DNA of 61,983 nucleotides, filler included. It is 7 parts of 7 records of this genome, joined end to end, with 100 filler letters (N's around TTAATTAATTAA, not from the genome) between each part and the next. Parts side by side here need not be neighbours in the genome. Positions count along the whole stretch, not along the records: positions 1 to 13,150 come from SRR31156797_28267; positions 13,251 to 26,922 come from SRR31156797_28271; 5 more parts are not named here. One strand, 5' to 3'. This document shows, piece after piece, positions 10,045-21,642 of the stretch (within the stretch, counting starts at the first letter, position 1; every line of letters starts with the position of its first letter). The position numbers were made by a program, and so were the translations under genes. The notes under the pieces were generated by a model that worked only from the letters and a program-made list of their open reading frames with translations, ran no database searches and was not told the DNA's origin.

Positions 10045-11550
10045 ATGCGTTCCATATTATATAGCCTTTATTTTATTTCTATTGTTTTCTTCTTAAGTTC
10101 CTGCCTAAACCAAGGGAATAAAGAATGTACTAAAAACCCCTATGAAGATGATTATAGAAATATCGCAAGTATAAGTAACCGACAAGAATGGCATAGTGCC
10201 AATGTGCATGATCCTTCCTGTATAAAAGTGGGAGATACCTATTATTTATATTCAACAGATGCCTACTATATTCCACCTAATATAATTTTTAAAGATGACA
10301 GTACTGTTCATATAGGTTGTATTCCAATACGATCTTCAAAAGATCTGGTACATTGGGAATTCGAAGGGTGGGCATTTGATAGTATACCACAGGATGCGTT
10401 TGATTTTGTAAAAGAAGCTAACGAAGGTAAGTCTCCGGAGAGCATATGGGCTCCTTATGTTCATCATGTAGGTAAAGAATTCAGGTTATATTATTCATTA
10501 TCATATTTTGGCAAGAATGGTTCCTGCATTGGCTTGGCTACCTCTGATTCACCATTAGGACCATGGGTTGATAAAGGAATTGTGGTTAAAACAATATACG
10601 AGGATGAAATGAATGCAATCGACCCTTCTGTTATAAATGATCTTAAAACAGGAAGAAGTTGGATGTACTATGGATCTTCTTTTGGAGGATTGTACTGTGT
10701 AGAATTAAATTCAGAAACAGGTCTAACGATTAATCCTGAAGATAAAGGTCATATGGTAGCTTGCAGAGGAGATCAGGCAAATAGAGTTATTGAAGCACCT
10801 GAGATTATTTATAATAAAGAGCAGGGTATGTATTACCTCTTTGTTTCGTATGATCCATTTTTTTCATTTTATAATATTAGAGTTGGCCGATCAAAATCGC
10901 CTGACGGTCCATTTGTTGATTGTTTTGGAGCTGATTTAAAGGATACCACTAATAACTATCCCATTCTTACTCATAGTTATATGTTTGAAGGACATCCGGG
11001 ATGGTCAGGGAATGCGCATTGTGCGGTAATCGAGGACGAAGGAAATTATTTTCTAATGAATCAGGGAAGGCTTGCTCCTGATAATTTAATGTTTCGATTG
11101 CATGTCAAGGAAGTTAGGTGGTTGTCTAATGGTTGGCCGGTATTATCTCCCGAAAGATATAATCCGTTTGTTAAACAAAGTTTGGTAGAATCTAAAGAGT
11201 TAGATGGAGATTGGGAAGTCATAGAAATAAAAGACTTACCTGATCAATTGAAATTAAAACAAGGTCAGGTTCCACAAGAAGAATGGTCGTATACACCTGA
11301 GGCCTATAATTTATCACGTAAGGTTAAGTTTACTAAAGATGGAGCTATAGAGGATGAAGAAACTGTATTCATTTCATATAATTCGAATGGAGGATTTCTC
11401 TATTTAAAAAACAACAAGAATGAAATTTCCGAATGTGTAGCTTTAAGAGCTTGGGATTGGGAAAATGAAAAAGAAACGATAGTTTTTACAGGAATATTAA
11501 ATAATGGTAATGGTATTTGGGGCAAAAAAGTCCCTAAATCCAGAAAATAA
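10045..11550 (+). CDS. GH43 arabinan endo-1,5-alpha-L-arabinosidase-like lipoprotein
   Basis: NVHDPS, IWAP, NAIDPS, YGSSFGG, IEAPEI motifs; C-terminal GH43_C-like WDWENEKETIVFTG...IWG; lipobox LSSC. Confidence 0.85.
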   Translation: MRSILYSLYFISIVFFLSSCLNQGNKECTKNPYEDDYRNIASISNRQEWHSANVHDPSCIKVGDTYYLYSTDAYYIPPNIIFKDDSTVHIGCIPIRSSKDLVHWEFEGWAFDSIPQDAFDFVKEANEGKSPESIWAPYVHHVGKEFRLYYSLSYFGKNGSCIGLATSDSPLGPWVDKGIVVKTIYEDEMNAIDPSVINDLKTGRSWMYYGSSFGGLYCVELNSETGLTINPEDKGHMVACRGDQANRVIEAPEIIYNKEQGMYYLFVSYDPFFSFYNIRVGRSKSPDGPFVDCFGADLKDTTNNYPILTHSYMFEGHPGWSGNAHCAVIEDEGNYFLMNQGRLAPDNLMFRLHVKEVRWLSNGWPVLSPERYNPFVKQSLVESKELDGDWEVIEIKDLPDQLKLKQGQVPQEEWSYTPEAYNLSRKVKFTKDGAIEDEETVFISYNSNGGFLYLKNNKNEISECVALRAWDWENEKETIVFTGILNNGNGIWGKKVPKSRK

Positions 11551-11724
11551 ATACAAAAATAGAAGTACAAATAGATTGCGTTGAATTATTATCATTTTGA
11601 GATGATTAATAAAGATCGCTTTTTGCATAAAATAGTACAATAATGAATGAATAATTGACATCTCAATTTCAACTTTTGTATTAGTTATGCATGAAGGAAA
11701 CTTATTAAATGAAATGATAAACAT

Positions 11725-12741
11725 ATGAAAGATCTAGCGAAACGATTTCTAATTGTGAATTGTATTGTATGCTTATGGGCAGGAATGTTACTTAATGGAT
11801 GTCAAACTAAAATTAAATATGATAATCCTTTAGTAGCACAAAGGGCTGATCCCTGGGTGGTAAAAGGCAAGGATAATATGTACTATTTTATTGCTACTGC
11901 GCCGGAGTACGATAGAATAGAACTTAGAAAATCAAATACAATAAACGGATTAAAAGAAGCTGAGGCTAAAGTTATCTGGAAGAAACATAAAACAGGTGTA
12001 ATGGGTCATCATATATGGGCTCCCGAGTTACATCATATTGATGGGAAATGGTATATCTATTTTGCGGCAGGAGAAGCAGAACATGTGTGGAACATTCGAA
12101 TGTATGTTTTGTCAAATGAATCTGAGGATCCAACACAAGGGGAATGGAAAGAAGAAGGACGTATTTATACACAAAGAGAATCCTTTTCATTAGATGCCAC
12201 TACTTTTGAGCATAATGGAAGAAGGTATTTGATTTGGGCACAAGGTGTGAGGAAAGGTGAAAATACTTCTTTATTGCTTTCGGAAATGGAAAGTCCGATT
12301 AAGTTAAAAGGTCCTGAAATTGAGATTACACATCCGGAATTTGATTGGGAGAGAGCAGGGTATAAGGTAAATGAAGGCCCTGCTGTAATCAAAAGAAACG
12401 GAAAAATATTTGTAAGCTATTCGGCCAGTGCTACAGATCACAATTATTGTGTTGGTCTTCTTTGGGCAGATGAGGGTGCAGATTTATTAGATGTTAATTC
12501 GTGGAATAAATCAGATAAACCAGTTTTTTACACTAACGAAGCTCTAAAGAGATATGGGCCAGGACATAATTCGTTTACAGTTGCAGAAGATGGAAAAACA
12601 GATGTATTGATCTATCATGCACGTGATTATAAAGAATTAAAGGGTAGTCCTTTGTCAGATCCAAACAGGGATACAAGGGCTCGTGTGATTAATTGGACAG
12701 AAGAAGGATTTCCTGACTTCAGGCAAAATGAGCAGGATTAA
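11725..12741 (+). CDS. GH43 alpha-L-arabinofuranosidase-like protein
   Basis: QRADPW, HIWAPELH, FSLDATTF, VNEGP, GPGHNSF, YHARDY motifs. Confidence 0.9.
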   Translation: MKDLAKRFLIVNCIVCLWAGMLLNGCQTKIKYDNPLVAQRADPWVVKGKDNMYYFIATAPEYDRIELRKSNTINGLKEAEAKVIWKKHKTGVMGHHIWAPELHHIDGKWYIYFAAGEAEHVWNIRMYVLSNESEDPTQGEWKEEGRIYTQRESFSLDATTFEHNGRRYLIWAQGVRKGENTSLLLSEMESPIKLKGPEIEITHPEFDWERAGYKVNEGPAVIKRNGKIFVSYSASATDHNYCVGLLWADEGADLLDVNSWNKSDKPVFYTNEALKRYGPGHNSFTVAEDGKTDVLIYHARDYKELKGSPLSDPNRDTRARVINWTEEGFPDFRQNEQD

Positions 12742-12890
12742 AAAGAAATTATAATTTTTTAGTTGTTCAAAGTCAGGGATGGATATCCTAAGTGTATTTG
12801 TCTCTGGCTTTTTAAGGGATTAGGTATTACATACCTTAGTTTATCACATTAAGTTAATTTTTGATTTTCTGTGTTATTTTATGTGGACAG

Positions 12891-12925
12891 GCCGCTTCAT
12901 GCTATATGTGTGAAGCGGTTTTTTT
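12891..12925 (+). terminator. Intrinsic terminator
   Basis: GCCGCTTCAT...GTGAAGCGGT hairpin followed by a T run. Confidence 0.7.
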
Positions 12926-13150
12926 GTTTTAGGATTGTTAATGCTAATCATTATAAGCAAATAGAAGGGTTAAAATGTGCTTGCATTTGTTCTGAGTATA
13001 ATTGAATAATTAAGATAAGAATTCTAAATTCAATATTCTCAAATTATACTTTGAGGAGTTTCTTTGTTTTATCTGCTTGAAAAAGATGCTTATATCCTTC
13101 GTTTGATCGTTTATTTTTCAGCAACATTCAGGAACAGTCCCCAGTTTTTA

Positions 13151-13250
13151 NNNNNNNNNNNNNNNNNNNNNNNNNNNNNNNNNNNNNNNNNNNNTTAATT
13201 AATTAANNNNNNNNNNNNNNNNNNNNNNNNNNNNNNNNNNNNNNNNNNNN
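13151..13250. other. Artificial contig linker
   Basis: N44-TTAATTAATTAA-N44, giving stops in all six frames. Confidence 0.99.
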
Positions 13251-15226
13251 CTCTTTTTTAGAATCGAACTCGGGTTAATATGTACTTTGGTACAACAAAT
13301 GGGGTAAACTATTTTCATCCAGATAGTATTAATATCAATATGCATATACCCGATATATTGATTACCGACTTTAAAATTCTAAATAAAGATGTGGAGATTG
13401 GAAGAAAAGGAGTGCGAAATCATATTGTATTGCCGCAGAGTATAGCTCATGTTCCGGAACTAAACTTATCTTATAAAGATTATATATTTTCTTTTTCATT
13501 TTCTTCAACAAATTACTCAGCAACTCATAAAAACAGATATGCATATATGCTTGAGGGATTTGATAAAGATTGGATTTATACAGATTCGGAACATAGAACT
13601 GCGAGCTATACAAACATAAAAAAGGGAAGCTATAAGTTTAGAGTAAAAGCATCTAATAATGATGGTATTTGGAATGAGACAGGAAAGGTCATCAAAATAA
13701 ATATACTACCACCATTTCATAACACCATGTTTTTTAAGATACTAATCAGTGTGTTGTTGGTTTCTATTGTTTTACTGGCCTATGTATATCGATTAAAGAA
13801 TTTAGAGCAGAAAACTAAAGAGTTAGAAGCTGAGGTTGGTAAAAGAACTGATCAGTTGCGTCAGACAAATATGGTACTGAGAGATAAAAACAAGGAAGTT
13901 ATTTCGCAATATCATGAAATAGAAAATAAAAGTGAAGAAATTCAGGCTCAGAACGAAGAGTTGGAAAAACAAAAGGAAGAGATTGAAAATGCTTACAATG
14001 AATTAGCTGTTTATCAGAATAAGTTAGAAGACCTGGTAGATGAACGAACCAAGGAATTAAAAGAAGCTAAAGAGCATGCAGAAGAAAGCGATCGCTTAAA
14101 ATCTTCCTTTCTGGCGAATATGAGTCATGAAATAAGAACTCCTCTGAATGCCATTATGGGTTTTAGCTCTTTAATCGCTGTTTCTGAATTTTCCTTAGAA
14201 GAATTGGAAGAGATGAATGAAATGATTCAAACCAATGGAAACGCTCTGATGCAGCTTATTAATGATATTATTGATATTTCTCTTATCGAAGCCAATCAAT
14301 TAGAAATTTATAAATCTCAATTCGAATTAAACAGTTTCCTAAATACACTCTATTCCAGTATGGAAAGACAGGTTAGTTTAAATGATAAACTGAAAAACCT
14401 TAAAGTACAACTGGCTATTCCAAAAGAACTGGAGAAGGAACAAGTATTAATTACGACAGATGCCGATCGTTTAACCCAAATTTATAACAACTTATTTGGA
14501 AATGCACTTAAGTACACCAAGGAAGGCTCTATAAAAATAGGATACGAAATTTGTAAAGATAAGGATCAGTTATTGTTTTTTGTGGAAGATACCGGAAAAG
14601 GCATAGCTAAAGAGCATTTGAATGATATTTTTGGCCGGTTTACAAAAATTGAAGAGGATATCTCAATGTTGTACCGGGGTACTGGCTTAGGGTTATCTAT
14701 ATGCTCTAACCTTGTATCTATACTTGGAGGAACTATCCATGTGGAGTCGGAGCTAGGAAAAGGATCGAAGTTTGTTTTTCAATTACCCGTAAATATTCAG
14801 GAAGACGGTAAAAAGGTAGATCTGGCTAAGACGAAAAATACTGTTCAGAAAGATGTAAATTGGGAAAACAAAACCATTTTAATTGCTGAGGATGAAATAC
14901 ATAATTTTGAGGTGTTAAAAGCTTTTCTTCGAAAAACGAAGGTGAATATATTGTGGGCAAAGAACGGACAAGAAGCAATTGATTTGGTTAAGCAAAAGAA
15001 TGGAGCTATTTCGTTGGTTTTAATGGATATAAAAATGCCTGTGTTGAGAGGAGATGAGGCTACAAAAGAAATTAAACTACACTACTCCGTTCCGATTGTG
15101 GCACAAACGGCTTATGCTACAACTCCGGAAGTTAAAAAGTTTATGCAATATGGATTTGATGATTATGTGTTGAAACCAATTGAAAAATCTTTGCTCATAG
15201 ATAAAATTGGGAAATGGTTATCGTGA
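13251..15226 (+). CDS. Hybrid sensor histidine kinase (Y_Y_Y, TM, coiled coil, HisKA, HATPase, REC), 5'-truncated
   Basis: Begins inside a propeller repeat (MYFGTTNG); FLANMSHEIRTPLNAI; GTGLGLSIC; LMDIKMP receiver; no AraC output domain. Confidence 0.92.
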
Positions 15227-15268
15227 TACAAAATAGCTTCATACCACGATAACAACTTAAGTATTGAG

Positions 15269-16156
15269 TTATTGATTTATACTGCTTAGTCGATAGGCCA
15301 TTATTCGATTGTTAAAAAAAGAAGGCACTAATAATAAGTTTAATTCAGGTATATAATCTATATCTGCAGCATTAATTTTTTTCTCACGAGTGTCTAATAA
15401 TTGAATTTTTGACCAGTCTTTTGCTGATATATAGAAAATTTCGCCACTCCAGCTTGAAACAATAAAGTCTTTGTTGCTCAGCTGTACAATTCCGTCGCCA
15501 TGGCCAATATCGCTAGTTAATACCATAGTAGTGCTGTCTCCTTTGTTATAAAAGCCAAACTCATGGCCACCGGAAGTAGCATAGTACAAGCCATCTTTAC
15601 TATAATAAAGTCCATTTAAGCGGTCAAATTCTTTGCTAACTAAAGTATCCATTTGGCCATCTTTAATAGTGTAAATAGTCCCGCTGGCAGAACCGGAAAC
15701 AAACACAATTCCGTCCGGAGAAACAGTTATATCATTAAGATCTGTTTTTCCTTCAACCGGAAATGTATTAATAACGGATTGTGAGGCAATATCAATTTCA
15801 ACAACCTGGTTAATATCTGTTACAAATAAAGAATTGTTAACGATACCCATGCCTTTCGGTCCACTTAAACCTTCTATCCATTTTTCTTCAAGTATATTAC
15901 CTAAAGTGTCAATGGTAGATATGAATCCATTACCGTCTAGTTCCCACGGAGATTGATTAACATTGGAAACGTAAATAATTCCCGTTGGTTTATGGTAAAG
16001 CGCAGATTCGCATGTGGTTAAAAGACTGTCGGTTTGCCAAACTAACTGCAGTTTGGGAGCGTACATGGCTTCCTTTATTTTTTTCTTTGTATTAGAAACA
16101 CAGGCGCTTAAAGCAATAAGTAATGATGCTGCATAAATGCATAAATGAATTTTCAT
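15269..16156 (-). CDS. SMP-30/gluconolactonase-like beta-propeller lipoprotein
   Basis: Lipobox LSAC; propeller motifs ESALY, IYVSN, PKGMGI, LNDITV, GDGI, AADIDY. Confidence 0.7.
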   Translation of the reverse strand: MKIHLCIYAASLLIALSACVSNTKKKIKEAMYAPKLQLVWQTDSLLTTCESALYHKPTGIIYVSNVNQSPWELDGNGFISTIDTLGNILEEKWIEGLSGPKGMGIVNNSLFVTDINQVVEIDIASQSVINTFPVEGKTDLNDITVSPDGIVFVSGSASGTIYTIKDGQMDTLVSKEFDRLNGLYYSKDGLYYATSGGHEFGFYNKGDSTTMVLTSDIGHGDGIVQLSNKDFIVSSWSGEIFYISAKDWSKIQLLDTREKKINAADIDYIPELNLLLVPSFFNNRIMAYRLSSINQ

Positions 16157-16243
16157 GTTGATTGTAATTAGGTTAAAAGAATAAATTCTTGTAGAAGTTA
16201 ATACAATGAAAACACTTACCCAAATTAGAAAAATCTGCAGAGC

Positions 16244-16729
16244 TTATTCATCCTCTATGAGCTCCTTAATTTCTTGCAGGTGTAAATGAAAATGCCTTAA
16301 GAAATCAATAACCATATTTTGCAGACTAACTAAACCATCTTCAGATTGAGAATCCCATTGCTGTTCCAATTTATTTTCATTGATGTTCTTAATTACATGA
16401 ATAAAATGAATATGCGTGTATTTCCACAATTGAACGAGGTCAGACCAGTTTTCTTCCTGATAATTTTGAATAGCAATCCATCTGTCGTTATTTCCATTTG
16501 TGGCATAATTAGGAAATATGAATGGACTTTCTTGGTATTGAAGATGAATAATACGGTGCGTATTATTTGATACAGAATCAACCATGTGACCCAAAATCTG
16601 TTTAATACTACGGTTTTGGATATTTTTTCTTGTCTCTAATATTTCATTTTTGATGGTTTGTAGGGTTGGTTCCCATGTTTTTAAACCTTCAGAAATCCCT
16701 TCGCATGTTGCGTTAAATAAGTTTGGCAT
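16244..16729 (-). CDS. DinB family protein
   Basis: SIKQILGHMVDS...NN.HR and C-terminal DFLRHFHLH His motifs. Confidence 0.8.
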   Translation of the reverse strand: MPNLFNATCEGISEGLKTWEPTLQTIKNEILETRKNIQNRSIKQILGHMVDSVSNNTHRIIHLQYQESPFIFPNYATNGNNDRWIAIQNYQEENWSDLVQLWKYTHIHFIHVIKNINENKLEQQWDSQSEDGLVSLQNMVIDFLRHFHLHLQEIKELIEDE

Positions 16730-16761
16730 AATTGTATAGTTAAATTGAATGTGAATGCTAT

Positions 16762-17460
16762 TTATAAATCAATGTTTTCAGACATATATTTTTGAGTGTA
16801 AGAGCAATGTGTTAGGCATAATAAACAGGTTGTACATTGTTTCACATTGATCCTGGAGTCTCGTTTTAGATTGTCTTCCCAAGCTATTCCAAATATACAA
16901 TTAGAAGGACAAATTTGTACACAACTGTTGCAATTTCCGCAATCATATTTGGGTAAATCAAATGGATTTGATCTTACAGGAGCATTTGTTAAAACAGAAC
17001 TCATGCTTATAGCGCAACCATATTTTTTTGAAACCAACAGGTTGTTTTTACCAATCCACCCTAAATTAGCTCTTAATGCTATTGTTTTATGAGGAAGAGG
17101 AGCAGTCATATTTTGCTCATCATAATGATGATGATTCAGCAAATTATTTTCCGATTGAGAAAAAGATGCAAAGCCTCTCTGGTTTAAATAGGAAGAGAGA
17201 TAGTCTGCTATAGCGTCTGTTTCTTTTTCGGTTTGTGTGAACTCATCATCTGAAAAATCCCCCTTCTTTTTTAAATCTGCAACATATACAGGGTTTCTGG
17301 TAACTTTTTGAATGAACTGAGGAGAAAGAAATTTTACAATTAATATGGCATTATTGTATTTAACTAGCGTGAATGCATTAATGTCTGAAATATCCACAAA
17401 ATGTACCTGATCAGCTCCTTTGGCAACTATTTCTTCGGATATTATTTTATTCATGTACAC
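16762..17460 (-). CDS. Epoxyqueuosine reductase-like 4Fe-4S dicluster protein
   Basis: PHKTIALRANLGWIGKNNLL...VLTNA; CGNCNSCVQICP and CTTCLLCLTHC clusters. Confidence 0.75.
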   Translation of the reverse strand: MYMNKIISEEIVAKGADQVHFVDISDINAFTLVKYNNAILIVKFLSPQFIQKVTRNPVYVADLKKKGDFSDDEFTQTEKETDAIADYLSSYLNQRGFASFSQSENNLLNHHHYDEQNMTAPLPHKTIALRANLGWIGKNNLLVSKKYGCAISMSSVLTNAPVRSNPFDLPKYDCGNCNSCVQICPSNCIFGIAWEDNLKRDSRINVKQCTTCLLCLTHCSYTQKYMSENIDL

Positions 17461-17465
17461 TTGCC

Positions 17466-17840
17466 TTATGCTTCGGCCATGGCTTGATTTAAACCTTTTA
17501 CAATTTCATCCATATTAAATGGTTTTCTGAAGTATTGTAAAATTAGGTTCTCTTTTAAAGCTTTTTGTATCTCATCATTAATATCATAACCCGTTAGGAT
17601 AAAATATTTTTTATCCGGATATTTTTCTTTGGCCTGGGTAATAAACTCAACGCCATTCATTCCGGGCATTTTCATATCGCTGATAATTGCTTTAATGTCC
17701 TTATGCTTGTCAAGCATTACCAAACCTTCGTATCCACTAAAAGCTGTTACAACTTCATAATCCCACGAAAAGTTGATAGAGAATAATTCAACATTTATTT
17801 CTTCGTCATCAATATATAATATTTTCGTTTTTATAGCCAT
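17466..17840 (-). CDS. Single-domain response regulator
   Basis: ILYIDDE, ISDMKMPGMNG, ILTG, KPF. Likely start is the ATG at 17840 (MAIKTKILY). Confidence 0.9.
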   Translation of the reverse strand: MAIKTKILYIDDEEINVELFSINFSWDYEVVTAFSGYEGLVMLDKHKDIKAIISDMKMPGMNGVEFITQAKEKYPDKKYFILTGYDINDEIQKALKENLILQYFRKPFNMDEIVKGLNQAMAEA

Positions 17841-18412
17841 GATAATCAGTTTATAGGTAAAGATATAGTTACTTTCGTTTTTTACTCTCAATTTTGATAG
17901 AAAAATTTGCACTACACTATAATTTTAGTCTAATAGATAATGATATTCGATTTTTTTAGGAAAGCAACTTAAGTAAAAGGATTAATCTATCTTAAATTTA
18001 ATTGTACGCGCATAGATTAAAATATTCCGATCAACGTCATTGGTGATCTGTATTTTTTTCATCAGAAAAGGTGAGTTAGTTCTGAAAGGTCATCATAATA
18101 CAAGCATAATTTGTAATTAAAAATCTATATTTAATATAGGTGTAGTGCTTGTAAGTTTCAGTAATGTAGGTGCATAAAGATAAATAGCTCTATATATTTT
18201 GTAATTGGAGATTTAAAACAACAATTTGCGATTGCTAAGATTAAGGTAAGACATTATGATATGAGTAAAATCAAAATTTATCATACATATGAAGAATTTA
18301 ATCTTTCGAATTATAAGCGAACATAAAATCAAAATAAATGAAACGAGCAATGAGAGAAACTTCAAGACTAATTTGGCGAGTTCTATGTGACAATTAAAAA
18401 CACTTTAAATAC

Positions 18413-20275
18413 ATGAAAAAAATTATCATTTCAATAATTCTGTTTTTTGCTGTGATTGTTTCTTGCTTGCAACAGAGTAAAGAAGGGGATTTAAAACATA
18501 AAGCACCTGGGAAAATTGTGGTATATCAGGTGTTTACCAGATTGTTTGGAAATACAAATACCACGAATAAGCCCTGGGGAACGATTGAAGATAATGGAGT
18601 TGGTAAGTTTAATGATTTTACAGATAAGGCATTACGTGAACTAAAAGATCTGGGTATTACACATATTTGGTATACAGGAGTTCCTCACCATGCTACCTGT
18701 ACTGATTATACAACTTACGGTATTGATAATGATGATCCTGATGTGGTAAAAGGTCGTGCAGGTTCACCCTATGCGGTAAAAGATTATTATCAGGTGGATC
18801 CGGATTTGGCGGTTGACCCATCAAAAAGGATAGAAGAATTCAAAGCATTAATTAAACGAACCCATCAACATGATATGAAGGTAATCATTGATATTGTACC
18901 TAATCATGTTGCCCGATTTTATAAAGGATTGAATAATCCTGAGGGTATTTCGGATTTTGGAGGGGAAGATGATAATTCAGTAGTTTATGAAAAGGATAAT
19001 AATTTTTATTACATCATCGGAGAACCCTTTAAAGTGCCTGAGCCATTAAGTAATTATCAACCTTTAGGTGGTGAAAAAAGTGTTTTAATTGATGGGAAAT
19101 TTGAGGAAAATCCTGCAAAATGGACAGGTAATGGATCGCGGTTAGCACAGCCTGATTTTTATGATTGGTACGAAACCGTGAAAATTAATTATGGTGTTAA
19201 GCCTGATGGATCATTTGATTTTGATATACTTCCGGATATTTATGCACAAAAAGATTTTAAAGAGCATTATCGTTTTTGGCAGGATAAAAAAGTCCCTGAT
19301 TCCTGGATGAAATTCAGAGATATTGCTTTGTTCTGGTTAGAAAAAGGAGTGGATGGGTTTAGATTTGATATGGCAGAAATGGTTCCGGTAGAGTTTTGGA
19401 GTTTTATGAATTCATCTATTAAAATGAAAAATCCGGAAGCTTTTCTGTTGGCCGAAGTGTATCAACCTGCCTTATATAGGGATTATTTCTATAAAGGAAA
19501 AATGGATTATTTGTACGATAAGGTTGAGTTATATGATACCCTAAAAAACATCATGCAAGGGCATGGATCTACAGATCACATTACACCGATTCAGAATGGC
19601 TTGGCGGATATTGAGCATCATATGCTGCATTTCTTAGAAAATCATGATGAGCAAAGGATTGCCTCTCCTGAGTTTGCAGGTGATGCACAAAAAGGAAAAC
19701 CTGCAATGGTGGTTTCTGCCACATTGAGTTCTTCTCCTACGATGATTTATTTTGGACAGGAAGTGGGTGAGCCGGGAGCAGAAGAACCTGGTTTTGGAGA
19801 TCCATCGCGAACTTCCATTTTTGACTATGTCGGTGTTCCTCACCATCAACGATGGATGAATAACGGAAAATTTGATGGAGGGCAATTATCTGATGAGGAA
19901 AAAGATTTAAGAGATTTTTACAAGAGACTTCTAAACTTCACTACTCAAAGCCAAGCTATGAACGGAGCTTTTGAAGATCTTCATGAGTATAATCGAAAAA
20001 ATACAGTCGGATATACCGATAAAGTTTATTCATTTTTGCGATGGAATAAAAATGAAAAGTTGATAATCGTTTCAAATTTTAGTGATTCGGAAACCATGAG
20101 CTTTGAGCTAAAAATTCCAAGACAGATTTGTCAGAAATTAGGATTAAATGCTGAAAAATATGAGTTAAAAGATCAATTGTACCAAAGAACAAATCAATTG
20201 GAGTTGGATGAAATTTCAGCTAAAGTAATTGTAGCATTAAAACCTTTAGATTCATTTATTTATAAAATAGATTAA
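18413..20275 (+). CDS. GH13 alpha-amylase family protein (lipoprotein)
   Basis: YQVFTRLFGN, DIVPNH, GVDGFRFDMAE, LAEVY, FLENHDE conserved GH13 regions. Confidence 0.92.
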   Translation: MKKIIISIILFFAVIVSCLQQSKEGDLKHKAPGKIVVYQVFTRLFGNTNTTNKPWGTIEDNGVGKFNDFTDKALRELKDLGITHIWYTGVPHHATCTDYTTYGIDNDDPDVVKGRAGSPYAVKDYYQVDPDLAVDPSKRIEEFKALIKRTHQHDMKVIIDIVPNHVARFYKGLNNPEGISDFGGEDDNSVVYEKDNNFYYIIGEPFKVPEPLSNYQPLGGEKSVLIDGKFEENPAKWTGNGSRLAQPDFYDWYETVKINYGVKPDGSFDFDILPDIYAQKDFKEHYRFWQDKKVPDSWMKFRDIALFWLEKGVDGFRFDMAEMVPVEFWSFMNSSIKMKNPEAFLLAEVYQPALYRDYFYKGKMDYLYDKVELYDTLKNIMQGHGSTDHITPIQNGLADIEHHMLHFLENHDEQRIASPEFAGDAQKGKPAMVVSATLSSSPTMIYFGQEVGEPGAEEPGFGDPSRTSIFDYVGVPHHQRWMNNGKFDGGQLSDEEKDLRDFYKRLLNFTTQSQAMNGAFEDLHEYNRKNTVGYTDKVYSFLRWNKNEKLIIVSNFSDSETMSFELKIPRQICQKLGLNAEKYELKDQLYQRTNQLELDEISAKVIVALKPLDSFIYKID

Positions 20276-20310
20276 AGTTGGTAAGTCTATTATAACCAAT
20301 TAATTACCCA

Positions 20311-20344
20311 AAAACCCAACACTTGATTAAGTGTTGGGTTTTTA
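20311..20344. terminator. Bidirectional intrinsic terminator between convergent genes
   Basis: AAAACCCAACACTT-GATT-AAGTGTTGGGTTTT. Confidence 0.85.
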
Positions 20345-20359
20345 TGTTTTAAGCTTCGT

Positions 20360-21607
20360 TTATTTCCAAAATTCTTCTTCTTTAAGAGCTTCAATTCGGG
20401 TTATACAAAACTCTTCAATCTGTCCAGCTTGCCTATTGGTACTATCTTTTTGATATATGGCCAATAAATCTTCGTATTGCTTTAATGCTTCGGTTTTGTT
20501 TTGCAAGCTGTAATCGTATAGGGTTGCCATTTTAAACCGTACATATTTGCTTTCCGGTACATTGTTTAGCATGGTTATGTATGTTTCCAATTCTTTGTCG
20601 TATTCTTCTTTCTGTTGATAGTAAAAAGCAATTTCGTTATAAATTAAATTTAGTGTAGTTCCTTCTACTACTAATAAATCCAATGCGAGTTTTAAATGCT
20701 TTTTACCTCTTTCTAAATTCGGAGGAGAGGGCCAGTGTACTAAACTACTCCCTAAAATATATTGTCCTTGAAAGTCGGTTGAATCCATAGAAACATATTG
20801 ATCTAATACAGGAATTGCTTCTTCAAATTTTTCTTGCTTCCAATAGCACATTCCTAAAAACTTAGTGGTAACTAATGAAGAATCACCTTCTGCATAAAGC
20901 CTTTTGTAAATATGGCTAGCCATAGATATAGAATCCAGATTGTACAACACTTTTCCATATAGGCGAAATAATAAGTGATTGTTTTTAAAATCATCCTGAT
21001 AAAACTGGTTGAAAAATGCGTAGGCAGGTTCATATTTTTTGGTTTTTAAATAGATGCTTAAAGCTTTAGAAATAACCATTGAGTTTGGTTGAATAGCACA
21101 GCTTTTTCGGTAAAAATATATAGCACTGTCTTTTCTGGAAGTAGATTTATATAAATCTCCCAGTTGGGCAGTGATAAACCAATTTGTGGTATCTGCTTCG
21201 TAAGCTTTCAGAAAAATATTTTTAGCCTTTTGAGTTTGTCCTATTTTTTCGAGAGCCAGCGCTTTTCTTATTTGATAGTATTGCGTATCTGTTTTTTGTG
21301 CCAACAATTGATCGTGTAATTTTATAGCAGATTGATAACGTGACATCTTAAAATAAACATTCTCTAAATGAATTTTAGCCTCTGTTTGACTCGAATCAAC
21401 TTCAATAAGTTTTTCTAAAATAGTAGCTGCCTTGTTGTATTGATATTGCTTAACGAGCTGCAAAGATTGTTGTAATATAACAGAATCGCAGTCGTTTTGA
21501 GTGGGGGCAATTGTAGTGTCTTTGACTTGTGCATAAAGGTTATTAATAATACTTATTTGAAATAATAAGAAAATAATAACAGCTGAGTTTGCTTTGGTAA
21601 ATGTCAT
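20360..21607 (-). CDS. Tetratricopeptide-repeat protein (exported)
   Basis: Signal peptide followed by ~34-aa helical repeats with A/L/Y/G TPR patterns. Confidence 0.8.
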   Translation of the reverse strand: MTFTKANSAVIIFLLFQISIINNLYAQVKDTTIAPTQNDCDSVILQQSLQLVKQYQYNKAATILEKLIEVDSSQTEAKIHLENVYFKMSRYQSAIKLHDQLLAQKTDTQYYQIRKALALEKIGQTQKAKNIFLKAYEADTTNWFITAQLGDLYKSTSRKDSAIYFYRKSCAIQPNSMVISKALSIYLKTKKYEPAYAFFNQFYQDDFKNNHLLFRLYGKVLYNLDSISMASHIYKRLYAEGDSSLVTTKFLGMCYWKQEKFEEAIPVLDQYVSMDSTDFQGQYILGSSLVHWPSPPNLERGKKHLKLALDLLVVEGTTLNLIYNEIAFYYQQKEEYDKELETYITMLNNVPESKYVRFKMATLYDYSLQNKTEALKQYEDLLAIYQKDSTNRQAGQIEEFCITRIEALKEEEFWK

Positions 21608-21642
21608 AAATTCAGTATTTTGAGTTGTAGTTAAAATTATTC

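Noticed and set aside
13252-13282. Apparent frameshift at the start of the hybrid kinase (SFLESNSG* then NMYFG in another frame)
   Set aside because: One extra T within 30 bp of a contig end is most simply a consensus error, not programmed frameshifting.
17913-18412. 500-bp intergenic region with an ATCAGAAAAGGTGAG segment vaguely like a SAM riboswitch and a 21-codon ORF
   Set aside because: Conserved riboswitch core and pairing are not found, the downstream gene is an amylase, and the ORF has no recognisable motif.
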